32,000 nt of DNA from assembly GCF_000012285.1 (NCBI RefSeq), contig NC_007181.1, positions 690,001 through 722,000 of the forward strand, in the 5' to 3' direction. The stretch's first letter is position 1, and the number at the start of each line of letters is the position of its first letter. The stretch is from Sulfolobus acidocaldarius DSM 639 (lineage in GTDB: Archaea; Thermoproteota; Thermoprotei_A; Sulfolobales; Sulfolobaceae). The position numbers and the translations under genes were made by a program. This document shows, piece by piece, positions 17,633 through 27,822 of the stretch. The notes below the pieces were generated by a model. It was given only the letters and a program-made list of their open reading frames with translations, did not search any database and was not told where the DNA came from.

Positions 17633-18227
17633 TGGCTTAAACAGGTTGTTTCACAATTTTCACAAGAACAAACTTACAGCGTCTTTTCATAAGTTGAGAG
17701 GTAAATAATTCTTATTTATAAGTGACTCATTCTAAATGTGTAGGTTTCTCGTTTCAAATAATAACAAAGCCTCTACTCTTACTACCTTGAACTAATTGAT
17801 TATCTATTACGTAAATAATTACTTTTATTCATTTATCTGTATGCTTTCCTAAACTTCGTAAATAGTTTATATGAATATAGGAGATATAGTTTTAGATTAT
17901 TAAGGAAGGAAGATTTTGATAGTTTTTAAAAGCTCAGAGTAATCGAATTCAAGATTTCAACATATTTTCATATATTAGATAAACATTATTCATCAAAATT
18001 TTTAAAAATCATATTAGTCCTTTCTCTATTGAGTGACATATAGTAATAAATATTACAAAGAGGATATAATTAGCATTAAGTCCAAAAGATGTCTGCTTTA
18101 ATTACTTCACAGTTCGATTTTGTATATAATGAATCGTAAAGTGAAAATGACATCAATCTTATTGTATTTGAAGGACATATACATTAGAAGTAAAATTTTT
18201 AAGTTTCTTATTGACTATTAGATATTG

Positions 18228-18533
18228 ATGGCGGAAGTTACTACTGGAAGAAAAAAGAGGACTAGATATGAAATAATCCACGATATTCTTGCACAGTGCG
18301 AAAACGGTGCAAAGAAAACTTGGCTAATGTATAAAGCTAATTTAAGCTACGAATTAACAAACAATTACATTAACAAACTAGTAGAGAAACAATTAATATC
18401 TCAGAAAGACGGTCTTTACTACTTAACAGACAAGGGTAAAAAATTACTCGAATTGTTAAAAGAATATAAGGATAAGAAGACAGCTCTTGATCGTGTAACA
18501 TCGCAAATTAAAGATATCTACGGCGAAGATTAA
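18228..18533 (+). CDS. Sso10a-family winged-helix DNA-binding protein (wHTH plus a C-terminal coiled coil)
   Basis: RTRYEIIHDILAQCENGAKKTWLMYKANLSYELTNNYINKLVEKQLISQKDGLYYLTDKGKKLLELL closely follows my recollection of Sso10a (KLEIIQAILEAC..G.PKTRIMYGANLSY). The ATG at 18228 is preferred over the TTG at 18225. Confidence 0.7.
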   Translation: MAEVTTGRKKRTRYEIIHDILAQCENGAKKTWLMYKANLSYELTNNYINKLVEKQLISQKDGLYYLTDKGKKLLELLKEYKDKKTALDRVTSQIKDIYGED

Positions 18534-18568
18534 AATTATAAAACCTAATTTTTAAATAAAACGTTAAA

Positions 18569-18584
18569 GTTTTTATTTTTTGTC
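18569..18584 (+). terminator. oligo-T terminator-like tract TTTTTATTTTTTGTCT downstream of the wHTH gene
   Basis: The T5-A-T6 tract lies 36 nt after the stop codon. Archaeal termination commonly uses oligo-T. The same 16-mer recurs at 20333..20348. Confidence 0.4.
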
Positions 18585-18777
18585 TCCTTATATAAAACTT
18601 CTTAATGTAATGCAAACCTTTGTAGTTAGATAAAAAATAGGTTGTTTAAAGTTTATACTTTGAGTGAAGCCACTTAAAACTGTTTAAAAATAGGCTAAAA
18701 TTTATAATTATTAAAACCTCACTGTGTTATTTTTTAACTACAAATAGTTAAAAGATTTTAATACAGATTATGGAAAT

Positions 18778-18787
18778 ATTTAAATAT
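18778..18787 (+). promoter_or_regulatory. TATA-like box for amt
   Basis: ATTTAAATAT is centred about 30 nt upstream of the ATG at 18813. Confidence 0.4.
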
Positions 18788-18812
18788 AATTTAAACTTCA
18801 TCTTAATAAGAA

Positions 18813-20294
<1,482 letters not shown>

Positions 20295-20332
20295 TAATGG
20301 ATTTTTTATTTTACACTAAAATTATTCACGTC

Positions 20333-20348
20333 TTTTTATTTTTTGTCT
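20333..20348 (+). terminator. oligo-T tract TTTTTATTTTTTGTCT downstream of amt (a second T-tract lies at 20301..20312)
   Basis: The 16-mer is identical to 18569..18584. It abuts the stop codon of the convergent phosphatase gene. Confidence 0.35.
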
Positions 20349-20349
20349 G

Positions 20350-21231
20350 CTATACTATCTCTTCTATTAGTTGATCGTTCACCATTTTTATATATATACG
20401 GACGAATTTGTTATTATTATAATCATGATATAAAATACCTGATCTTTGACCGTGATATACACTAGAAAATACAGTGATAACTTTGCCGTTCATGTTAGTT
20501 CTAAATCCGTCAACTGCTTCATGTCCTCTGATTATTCCTTTAAAATTATTATAGGATAGGAATTCATTTGTCACTCTTTCCCCAAAATAGTATATTCCTT
20601 CACCTCTAATACTGGGTAAGAAATCTATATCTAGTAGTCCATCTCTTGGATCATTCCATAATATCTGTAAACCTACAGGATCATCTGGGTTTATATCTGG
20701 ATACTTTAACTTTGCTATATCTTCAACTGTCGTGATCCCTAGTCTATCGCCCTCTAATGTTGCAGGTAAACCTCCATGCATACAAAGATATCCATTAACT
20801 AGGACTGAGTAAGGCATATATGAAAACAGATCTCGGAACTTCTCATACGCATTTTCTGCATCTTCAGTTTTAATCTTTAGTTCTTCAAAAAATCCATAAT
20901 GAAAGTTTGTAAGTGGACTTTCATGATTCCCTCTAAGTACCACTATTTTAGTTTTGCCCTTATTTTCATCACTCTCTATTAATTTCTTTAATATTAAACT
21001 TAGATTTTCTACACCTGTCTGTGGTTCCCTATCAACATAATCTCCTAGGAACACAATCAAATCAACATTATCGTAAAATTTTCTAAATACATATTCGGTT
21101 ACATTAATTGCACCATGCGTATCTCCAACGAAAACCACCTTGTCTTCTTTATATTCTCCAATAAATGGTCCTTGCTGTCTAAATATATCCTTTGATTTTT
21201 CTAACAACTCATACGTTTCTTCAATGTTCAC
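20350..21231 (-). CDS. PPP-family serine/threonine protein phosphatase (archaeal PP1/PP2A-like metallophosphoesterase)
   Basis: Motifs are GDTHG, GDYVDRE and GNHE, plus a downstream HGG. It starts at a GTG (21231). Confidence 0.85.
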   Translation of the reverse strand: MNIEETYELLEKSKDIFRQQGPFIGEYKEDKVVFVGDTHGAINVTEYVFRKFYDNVDLIVFLGDYVDREPQTGVENLSLILKKLIESDENKGKTKIVVLRGNHESPLTNFHYGFFEELKIKTEDAENAYEKFRDLFSYMPYSVLVNGYLCMHGGLPATLEGDRLGITTVEDIAKLKYPDINPDDPVGLQILWNDPRDGLLDIDFLPSIRGEGIYYFGERVTNEFLSYNNFKGIIRGHEAVDGFRTNMNGKVITVFSSVYHGQRSGILYHDYNNNKFVRIYIKMVNDQLIEEIV

Positions 21232-21232
21232 A

Positions 21233-21250
21233 ATATTGTGGTATATTGTG
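21233..21250. promoter_or_regulatory. tandem direct repeat ATATTGTG-GT-ATATTGTG just upstream of the phosphatase start; a third ATATTGT abuts the gad ATG (21311..21317)
   Basis: Read directly from the sequence. The copies are spaced 10 bp apart and lie between a TATA-like element (about 21253..21271) and the GTG at 21231. Confidence 0.3.
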
Positions 21251-21317
21251 TTCTATTTAAAAATTATATAGCCCTATTTGATGAAGGTATTTTAGAGTTA
21301 TTTGTTTAAGATATTGT

Positions 21318-22505
21318 ATGACAAAAATCTCCCAAATAGAACCTATAGTCCTAGCACAAACTGAAAAAGGCAGTGCAACATGGGCATCGGTTATGATATT
21401 GGTAAGGGTAGTGACATCAAATGGTATGGTTGGATTTGGAGAAGCAGTGCCTACTCTTAGGGTCATAAACGTCTATAATACAATAAAACAGGTATCTAAG
21501 GGTTATTTAGGAAAGGAAGCAGAGGAGCCTGAGAAGAATTATCATGAGTGGTACAGACAAGATTTCTACTTACCGAGGTCTTTTGAATCTGCCACAGCAA
21601 CCAGTGCAATAGATCAAGCATTATGGGACATATTAGGTAAGGAGTTAGGAGCACCAATATACAAATTACTAGGAGGCGAAGTGAGGGATAAGATTCCTGT
21701 TTATGCAAATGGATGGTATCAAGACGCAGTTTCACCAGAGGATTTTGCTGAAAAAGCTAAAAATGTTATACGAATGGGTTATAAAGCTCTAAAATTTGAT
21801 CCTTTTGGTCCATACTTTAATTCAATTGACGAAAAAGGATTACAAGAGGCTGAGGAGAGGGTAAAAGCAGTCAGAGAAGCAGTAGGTGAGAATGTGGATA
21901 TTTTAATTGAGCATCATGGTAGATTTAATGCAAATGCGTCTATATTGATAGCCAAGAGATTAGAGAATTATAATCCAGGTTTTATGGAGGAGCCTGTTCA
22001 TCATGAAGATATAGAAGGTTTAAGAAAATACAAATCAGCCACAGTATTAAAAGTAGCGCTAGGTGAAAGGTTAATTGGAGTTAAGGAAGCTGCGAATTAT
22101 ATAGGAGACGGCTTAGTTGATATAGTTCAGCCTGATGTATGCAACATAGGTGGAATATCAGTGGGCAGGAAAGTTATACATTTATCAGAAGCGTTCGACG
22201 TTGAAATAGCATTTCATAATGCATTTGGTTCAATACAGAACGCTTACTCCCTACAATTAGCAGCTATTGCGCCTAACCTTTATTTCCTAGAGAATTTCTA
22301 TGATTGGTTCCCTAGGTGGAAGAGGGATATAGTGTATGATGAAACTAAAGTTGAGGGTGGATACGTAAATGTCCCTAATAAACCTGGAATTGGAGTTAGT
22401 GTAAATGAGAAAGCCATAGAGAATATGAAAGCAGAACCAAAAGAAATAGAGGTTTCAGAGGAACCTGTTTGGGTTGTAAAGGGAACATGGAAAAGATATA
22501 GTTAA
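21318..22505 (+). CDS. gad: gluconate/galactonate dehydratase (enolase superfamily, mandelate racemase subgroup)
   Basis: There is near-collinear similarity to my recollection of the S. solfataricus gluconate dehydratase (IEPIVL...KGSATWAS...[11 protein letters not shown]...[20 protein letters not shown]...ANGWYQD...[14 protein letters not shown]...[12 protein letters not shown]...[13 protein letters not shown]...[11 protein letters not shown]...[13 protein letters not shown]). Confidence 0.88.
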   Translation: MTKISQIEPIVLAQTEKGSATWASVMILVRVVTSNGMVGFGEAVPTLRVINVYNTIKQVSKGYLGKEAEEPEKNYHEWYRQDFYLPRSFESATATSAIDQALWDILGKELGAPIYKLLGGEVRDKIPVYANGWYQDAVSPEDFAEKAKNVIRMGYKALKFDPFGPYFNSIDEKGLQEAEERVKAVREAVGENVDILIEHHGRFNANASILIAKRLENYNPGFMEEPVHHEDIEGLRKYKSATVLKVALGERLIGVKEAANYIGDGLVDIVQPDVCNIGGISVGRKVIHLSEAFDVEIAFHNAFGSIQNAYSLQLAAIAPNLYFLENFYDWFPRWKRDIVYDETKVEGGYVNVPNKPGIGVSVNEKAIENMKAEPKEIEVSEEPVWVVKGTWKRYS

Positions 22506-22520
22506 TTTTTGATTATTTTT

Positions 22521-24002
22521 CTATTCACTTTCTGTTTCTGTTTGAATTTCCTCTTTAGCAACGTCTTCTAAGCTCTTCATCTTAGGTTCAGGTATTAATA
22601 CAATAGTCAGGATAGCACCTATTATACTGACAGCAGTTAACAGTACGAATATATTCCTAAATCCAATAGAGGCAACTAAACTGGGAAACAGATAAGTTGT
22701 TATTGCAGCTCCTAATTTTCCGCTAGCTGCAGATATTCCGTGACCTGTACTTCTAAACTTAGTAGGATATACTTCAGATGGTATTACAAACGTTGTAGTA
22801 TTAGCACCAAAGTCTATAAAGAAGAAGGTTAGTGAATATAATATAAATGCTACAGTGGCAGGTATCGTAAATGATATACTTTTACCAGCTTGAAATAATA
22901 CTAATGAGACTATACCATATAATATTCCCATTACTATGAAGCCTTGTACTTGTATCAATTTTCTCCCTAACTTATCGATTAGGGCTACAGCTGTGAAATA
23001 TCCAGGGAAACCGACTAAATATGGTATGCCTCCAATGAATAACTGCTTTGCCAATTCACTTTGAAATTCAGTAATAGAAGTAATAGTTGAACTAAATGGT
23101 GACCCAAATATTGGTGTAATAACAGATGATGAATAAACTCCTGTTCCATAAAATGCTATGTCAAGAATAAACCAGGTTCCAGCAGTTCCAATTAGCAACA
23201 AAGAGTAGTTCCTTAGGAAAGTCATTATGTTCAGCTTAGTTGAGGAGTTAGGAGCCTTTAAACTATCCTTCACCTGTAGATTAGCTCCAACAAATTGGGC
23301 AGCCTTCTTTGCCTCTTCCACATCTCCTTTAGCTATTAATGAGTACCTAGGTGTCTCTGGTACTTTCCTCCTTAGGTAAATAACGGTGGCTGCAGGTATT
23401 GCGCCAAATCCTGCCATAACTCTCCATGCAATATCTGGAGGTAATGTTAAAGCAGCGACAACTCCAACTATTAGGGCTGCAATGGAACCTAAAGCTTGAT
23501 TTGAAAAGACTAAAGCAACTAATTTTCCTCTATCTTTCACATTTGAATACTCACTCATAATTGTTGCAGAAATAGGATAATCCCCTCCTATACCTAGACC
23601 CATTATCGACCTGAAGAGAATTAATAAAGGTAAGTTTGGAGATAAAGCACTTAACAAAGCACCAGCTGTAAGCAAAGAAGCCTCAACACCATATACCTTT
23701 TTCCTTCCCAGTCTGTCTCCAATATAACCAAACACTAATTGACCAATTATTGCTGTCCATATAGCCGAGGATGCTAAGAGTCCGGTCCAAAATGTAGCTT
23801 GATTCCCTATTAGATATTCTGTAAATCCAGCCATATTAAAACCATAGTACTTGTAAGCGTCTATCATCACAGCAAGAATATAAGAGATTATTAATAGGTC
23901 ATAAGCATCGGTGAAAAATCCCATACCTGCAGTGTACCATATCTTAATATGATTCCAATTTAGTTTAGTATTGTCGATTCCTTTGAAAGGATTATTACTC
24001 AT
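22521..24002 (-). CDS. MFS transporter, phosphate:H+ symporter (PHS)-like
   Basis: It is 493 aa with 12 predicted TM helices. GMGFFTDAYDLLIISYIL is PHS-type and GDRLGRKKVYG is the MFS signature. Confidence 0.75.
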   Translation of the reverse strand: MSNNPFKGIDNTKLNWNHIKIWYTAGMGFFTDAYDLLIISYILAVMIDAYKYYGFNMAGFTEYLIGNQATFWTGLLASSAIWTAIIGQLVFGYIGDRLGRKKVYGVEASLLTAGALLSALSPNLPLLILFRSIMGLGIGGDYPISATIMSEYSNVKDRGKLVALVFSNQALGSIAALIVGVVAALTLPPDIAWRVMAGFGAIPAATVIYLRRKVPETPRYSLIAKGDVEEAKKAAQFVGANLQVKDSLKAPNSSTKLNIMTFLRNYSLLLIGTAGTWFILDIAFYGTGVYSSSVITPIFGSPFSSTITSITEFQSELAKQLFIGGIPYLVGFPGYFTAVALIDKLGRKLIQVQGFIVMGILYGIVSLVLFQAGKSISFTIPATVAFILYSLTFFFIDFGANTTTFVIPSEVYPTKFRSTGHGISAASGKLGAAITTYLFPSLVASIGFRNIFVLLTAVSIIGAILTIVLIPEPKMKSLEDVAKEEIQTETESE

Positions 24003-24102
24003 TTCAGGCTCTAATTTGATCGTCTACTAATATATTTAGCGTATTTAGACTATAGTTTAGGATATAAACTATTTATAACTATATAGCTCATATATTTTTA
24101 AA

Positions 24103-24489
24103 TTACTTTACAACGAGTATAGGTACCTTAGCCTTTTCTATTAAAGCGGACGAAACACTTCCTATTACTACTTTTTTAATTCCTGTCAGACCTCTACTAC
24201 CTGTAACTATCATATCACAATTAACTCTCTCACAATAGTCTATTATTGTGCTGACCACATCTCCACTTTCAATTATAGCTGATTTAGCTGATGGAAATAA
24301 CTCTAATACTTCTTTATGTAGACCTTCAGCTTTTTTCTCGTCTTCAATAATTTTTTGATCCGGTGACCTAGGTGCTTCTTTTATAACTGTTATTACATAT
24401 ACTTCATCTTCCTTTTTTAGTATGCGAAGTAGAAATCTAACAGCCTTTTTTGACTGTTCTGAGCCATCATACGCTATTAAAAACTTCAT
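24103..24489 (-). CDS. universal stress protein (UspA family)
   Basis: It is 128 aa, starts MKFLIAYDGSEQSKKA and ends with the ATP-binding type motif IVTGSRGLTGIKKVVIGSVSSALIEKAKVPILVV. Confidence 0.85.
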   Translation of the reverse strand: MKFLIAYDGSEQSKKAVRFLLRILKKEDEVYVITVIKEAPRSPDQKIIEDEKKAEGLHKEVLELFPSAKSAIIESGDVVSTIIDYCERVNCDMIVTGSRGLTGIKKVVIGSVSSALIEKAKVPILVVK

Positions 24490-24791
24490 ATTAATATTTA
24501 CTTAAGTGGAGACTAATTAAGATTTTATAATGATGGAAATAAACTATTCTCCTTTTCTAAGGCTACGGGGTTGATAGTAAGTTTGTTTTACACCGGGTAA
24601 AAGTTATAAAAATATAGAGACTATATAGGTTAACCGAAATTATTTAGGATTTAAAATTAAAATAAAATAGTATACGAGTAAAAATTCTTGATTTTAATAC
24701 TTTATTCCGATATCTTCTAGTTTCATAAGAATAAACTTACCTTGATTAAGCATAATAATTAAAATTTACTGAAACATTCTATAGGTGCCTA

Positions 24792-26015
24792 ATGAGTGGT
24801 AATAAAACATATACATTAGTAAGATGTAGATTTATAGTAGATTCAGAAAATATAGTTGAAAATTTGAATGTAATTATACAAGGTAATGTAATCAAGTCTA
24901 TTGGTCATGAAATTGAAGGCGATGAAATTGATTGTTCAAATTATGTGGTTATTCCAGGCTTGATTAACGCTCATACTCATTCCGGGATGATGATATTCAG
25001 AGGATATTATGACGATAGTGAATTGGCTGACTGGTTATCTAGGATCTGGGACGAAGAGCGAAAGATGACCCAGAAGGTAATGAATATTGGATCAGAAATA
25101 TCCGTTATTGAGATGCTATCCAAAGGTACCACAGGGTTTGTTGATATGTACTTTAATCCAGAAGGTGTTAAGGAAATAGCCGAAAAGTATGGAATTAGAG
25201 TCGAGGCAGGCTATACTTTTTTAGATTCCATGATGGAACCCCATGAGGTAGATTCTAGACAAAGAAAGCTAAGTAGAACTAACTACTTTAAACCTATAGT
25301 AAATGTTCATAGCATATATTCAACATCCGTTGATACTCTGAAATTAGCAAAACAACTGGCTGAAGAGACGGAAACGCGTATTCATATTCATGTGGCTGAA
25401 ACTAGGAATGAAATTTTTCAGTCTAAGAAAAAATACGGGAAATTTCCTGTAGAGTTTCTACATGAATTAAATATTGTCGAAATTTCTCAATTGGTTCATT
25501 TAGGGTGGGTCGCAAATTGGGAATTAGAATATGTAGAGATGGCTACACACTGTCCTACATCTAATATGAAACTAGCCACTGCAGGTTTTTTCCCATTTAT
25601 AGATATGATCGAGAAAGGTAAGAATGTTACCATAGGTACTGACGGACCGTCGACTAATAATTCACTGGATATGTTTAGGGAAATGAAAAATACAGTATTA
25701 CTACAGAGACACTCCTATTGGGACACTAGAATAAAAGCTCTTCATGCTCTTAAATCTGCTACAGAAGAAGGATACAAATTAATGGGAATAAAGGGTGGAA
25801 AAATAAAAGAAGGATATATGGCAGATCTAGTTCTTTTAGATAGTGATCAATTATATCCACTAAAGAAAGATCGTATAGTCTCAAATATAGTTTATAATGC
25901 AGTGGGAGAAAACGTTAGTAAGGTTATAATTGATGGTAAAATAGCATATGAGAGGGGAAAATTTTCTGCCAGGAAGAAGGAACTTCTATCACTCATTGAC
26001 AATATTTTAATCTAA
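24792..26015 (+). CDS. amidohydrolase, MTA/SAH (nucleoside) deaminase-like (ATZ/TRZ/SsnA group)
   Basis: Metal-ligand motifs are INAHTHSGM, HIHVAET and GTDGPSTNNSLDMF. The size is right for the family at 407 aa. Confidence 0.75.
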   Translation: MSGNKTYTLVRCRFIVDSENIVENLNVIIQGNVIKSIGHEIEGDEIDCSNYVVIPGLINAHTHSGMMIFRGYYDDSELADWLSRIWDEERKMTQKVMNIGSEISVIEMLSKGTTGFVDMYFNPEGVKEIAEKYGIRVEAGYTFLDSMMEPHEVDSRQRKLSRTNYFKPIVNVHSIYSTSVDTLKLAKQLAEETETRIHIHVAETRNEIFQSKKKYGKFPVEFLHELNIVEISQLVHLGWVANWELEYVEMATHCPTSNMKLATAGFFPFIDMIEKGKNVTIGTDGPSTNNSLDMFREMKNTVLLQRHSYWDTRIKALHALKSATEEGYKLMGIKGGKIKEGYMADLVLLDSDQLYPLKKDRIVSNIVYNAVGENVSKVIIDGKIAYERGKFSARKKELLSLIDNILI

Positions 26016-26232
26016 GAACTATACTAAAGGTGTAGAAAAGTTTAGTCGTAGCTTTTCGCTAACACTAGGTTGATTTGGATATATACATTGGTAAGTACAA
26101 GTTTTTAGGTTTTGAAATTGTTAAATTCTAGTCATAAAGTAGACCATTTTATCTTATCTAGTATATTTTGAGAATTCTCTACGATATCATCTTTAAACTA
26201 TCTTAAAGAAGTACGGGCACATGTAATAGGAA

Positions 26233-26324
26233 TCCCGCCGCGGGGACTTGAACCCCGGACCACCCGGTAACTGCCCTCCTAACCTACAGCCGGGCGCTCT
26301 AGAACCGGGCTGAGCTACGGCGGG
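26233..26324 (-). tRNA. tRNA-Tyr (GUA) with a 15-nt intron 3' of position 37
   Basis: The reverse complement parses as CCCGCCG TA GCTC AGCCCGGTTCTA GAGC G CCCGG CTGTAG [GTTAGGAGGGCAGTT] A CCGGG TGGTC CGGGG TTCAAGT CCCCG CGGCGGG A. The C1-G72 pair is the archaeal Tyr identity pair. Confidence 0.85.
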
Positions 26325-26447
26325 TCTTCCATTATATACTGTAAAGTAGTTGCAATATAAAGTTTATTCCTTAGGTAACTTGAGCATAATTATGCCAATC
26401 ATTTATCAAATTATATTACATCAAAATCTGCAAACTATGATCAAGAA

Positions 26448-26550
26448 TGCGGGGGGTGGGATTTGAACCCACGCAGGCCTACACCATCGGGGATCTTACC
26501 CGTTTGGGGTCCTAAGCCCGACCCCTTTGACCTTGCTCGGGCACCCCCGC
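26448..26550 (-). tRNA. tRNA-Leu (UAG), class II, with an intron of about 18 nt beside the anticodon
   Basis: The reverse complement parses as GCGGGGG TG CCC GAGCAAGGTCAAA GGG G TCGGG CTTAGG [ACCCCAAACGGGTAAGAT] C CCCGA TGGTGTAGGCCTGC GTGGG TTCAAAT CCCAC CCCCCGC A. The exact intron borders (37/38 or 38/39) are not resolved by eye. Confidence 0.85.
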
Positions 26551-26582
26551 AAGACACAAATCTACTTTTATGGTAAAAAACT

Positions 26583-26852
26583 TTAATCTTTAACTGTCTC
26601 TAGCATTGAGACAACATTCCATATGGCTATTCTGGTATGCATGGGCATATTCGGGTCTTGACTTATTTCCTCTAAAATCCCAATGGCATTTGCTGCTCTT
26701 ACTGCTGGACTCAAAGTTTGATCCTGAAGATTTCTAATAGCGTCTGTTGCTGCTCTTCTAATATTTCTAGGAACACTAGTATCATTCACTATTTTTTGTA
26801 GCATCCCCACAGCCTGTCTAATTTTTGCCTCATTGTCATAAAGAGCAGACAT
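26583..26852 (-). CDS. UPF0147-family small helical protein
   Basis: It is 89 aa. [16 protein letters not shown]...[25 protein letters not shown] matches my recollection of the conserved archaeal UPF0147 family. Confidence 0.7.
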   Translation of the reverse strand: MSALYDNEAKIRQAVGMLQKIVNDTSVPRNIRRAATDAIRNLQDQTLSPAVRAANAIGILEEISQDPNMPMHTRIAIWNVVSMLETVKD

Positions 26853-26909
26853 TGTAAATCACCCAAAGATATTTTACTATAGCACTTTTTTAGTTTATTG
26901 TGGGATTTC

Positions 26910-27269
26910 ATGAGTACCACAGACTCAGTGAAGAAAGCTGCGGAATTGCTTAGGCAAGGTGCTACAATGTTAGATATACCTTGCCCGGTTTGTAATATGC
27001 CATTGTTTAGGCTAAAAAGTGGAGAAGTTATTTGCCCTACTCATGGTAAGGTATATATAGTTAAGGATGAGGCTGAGCAGAAAAGGATTCAGACTAACTT
27101 TCTTATGGATAGCTTGGAGAGTATACTGGTTAATAATGTAGAGAAAGTCGCGGAGAAAATAAAGCAAGATCCTATGGATACCGAGTCAATAACTCAAATA
27201 ATTAGGTACCTCGAAGCTATAGAGAGAATCATGAGAATTAGAAATGGTTTAGAAAAGAATAAACAATAG
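26910..27269 (+). CDS. UPF0148 / autoantigen p27-like zinc-ribbon protein
   Basis: From the ATG at 26910 it reads MSTTDSVKKAAELLRQGATMLDIPCPVCNMPLFRLKSGEVICPTHG (a CPxC...CPxH ribbon). The track start at 26898 is a TTG. Confidence 0.65.
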   Translation: MSTTDSVKKAAELLRQGATMLDIPCPVCNMPLFRLKSGEVICPTHGKVYIVKDEAEQKRIQTNFLMDSLESILVNNVEKVAEKIKQDPMDTESITQIIRYLEAIERIMRIRNGLEKNKQ

Positions 27270-27822
27270 ACCACGTTTCCTCTACAATCTCGTCAATGGA
27301 TTTCTCAGCGTTCACTATTCTTATTTTATTATTTCTTTTAGCTAGTTCCAGATATTTCTCTCTAACCTTTGATAATGTAGAAATTTTCTCATCAAAATTG
27401 AATTTGTCCACCTTATTTTTTATTCTTGCAATAGCAGTTTCAGGCTTTAGATCAAGTAGTATGGTTAAGTCAGGCTCTGGGAAATACTTGTTTAGATTCC
27501 TTATCCAATTTTCATCAATTCCCAGAGAACTCTGATATGCTATTGTAGAATCAATATATCTGTCCATGATAATGATTTCAGGATTTTGTTTAAACAGTAG
27601 ATTTAGGTGATATGCTCTGTCTGCTGTAAACAACAATGCTAATGATATAGGATCTTTCCATCCTATTTCCTCAATTAACTTAATAATTTCCTGACTGAAA
27701 GGCTCTGAAGTTAATATGATTTTTTTATTACTTCCAATTTCTATCAAGAGTTTTTCATAGATTATTTTAGATATAGTTGTCTTTCCTGATCCATCTATTC
27801 CTTCAAATGATATTATAAACAT
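27238..27822 (-). CDS. tmk: thymidylate kinase
   Basis: It has the P-loop FEGIDGSGKTT and the segment DRY.DST.AYQ. It is 194 aa. Its 3' end overlaps the convergent UPF0148 gene by 32 nt. Confidence 0.85.
   Translation of the reverse strand: MFIISFEGIDGSGKTTISKIIYEKLLIEIGSNKKIILTSEPFSQEIIKLIEEIGWKDPISLALLFTADRAYHLNLLFKQNPEIIIMDRYIDSTIAYQSSLGIDENWIRNLNKYFPEPDLTILLDLKPETAIARIKNKVDKFNFDEKISTLSKVREKYLELAKRNNKIRIVNAEKSIDEIVEETWSIVYSFLNHF

Noticed and set aside
18633-18694. AAAAATAGG repeated 53 nt apart with nearby TGTTTAAA and TTTATA elements upstream of amt
   Set aside because: It is a low-complexity AT-rich sequence, the sub-motifs are permuted rather than aligned, and I cannot distinguish it from background.
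21257-21735. Minus-strand ORFs 21257..21466 and 21496..21735
   Set aside because: They are antisense to the gluconate dehydratase gene.
24529-24610. Possible C/D-box sRNA (AATGATGG ... ) in the usp/amidohydrolase spacer
   Set aside because: The C box is imperfect (TGATGG), and no CTGA D box or C'/D' pair occurs at an appropriate distance.
26384-26395. Perfect 12-bp palindrome GCATAATTATGC between the two tRNA genes
   Set aside because: It is noted within the tRNA finding, but alone it is too short and AT-rich to call a regulatory site or processing signal.
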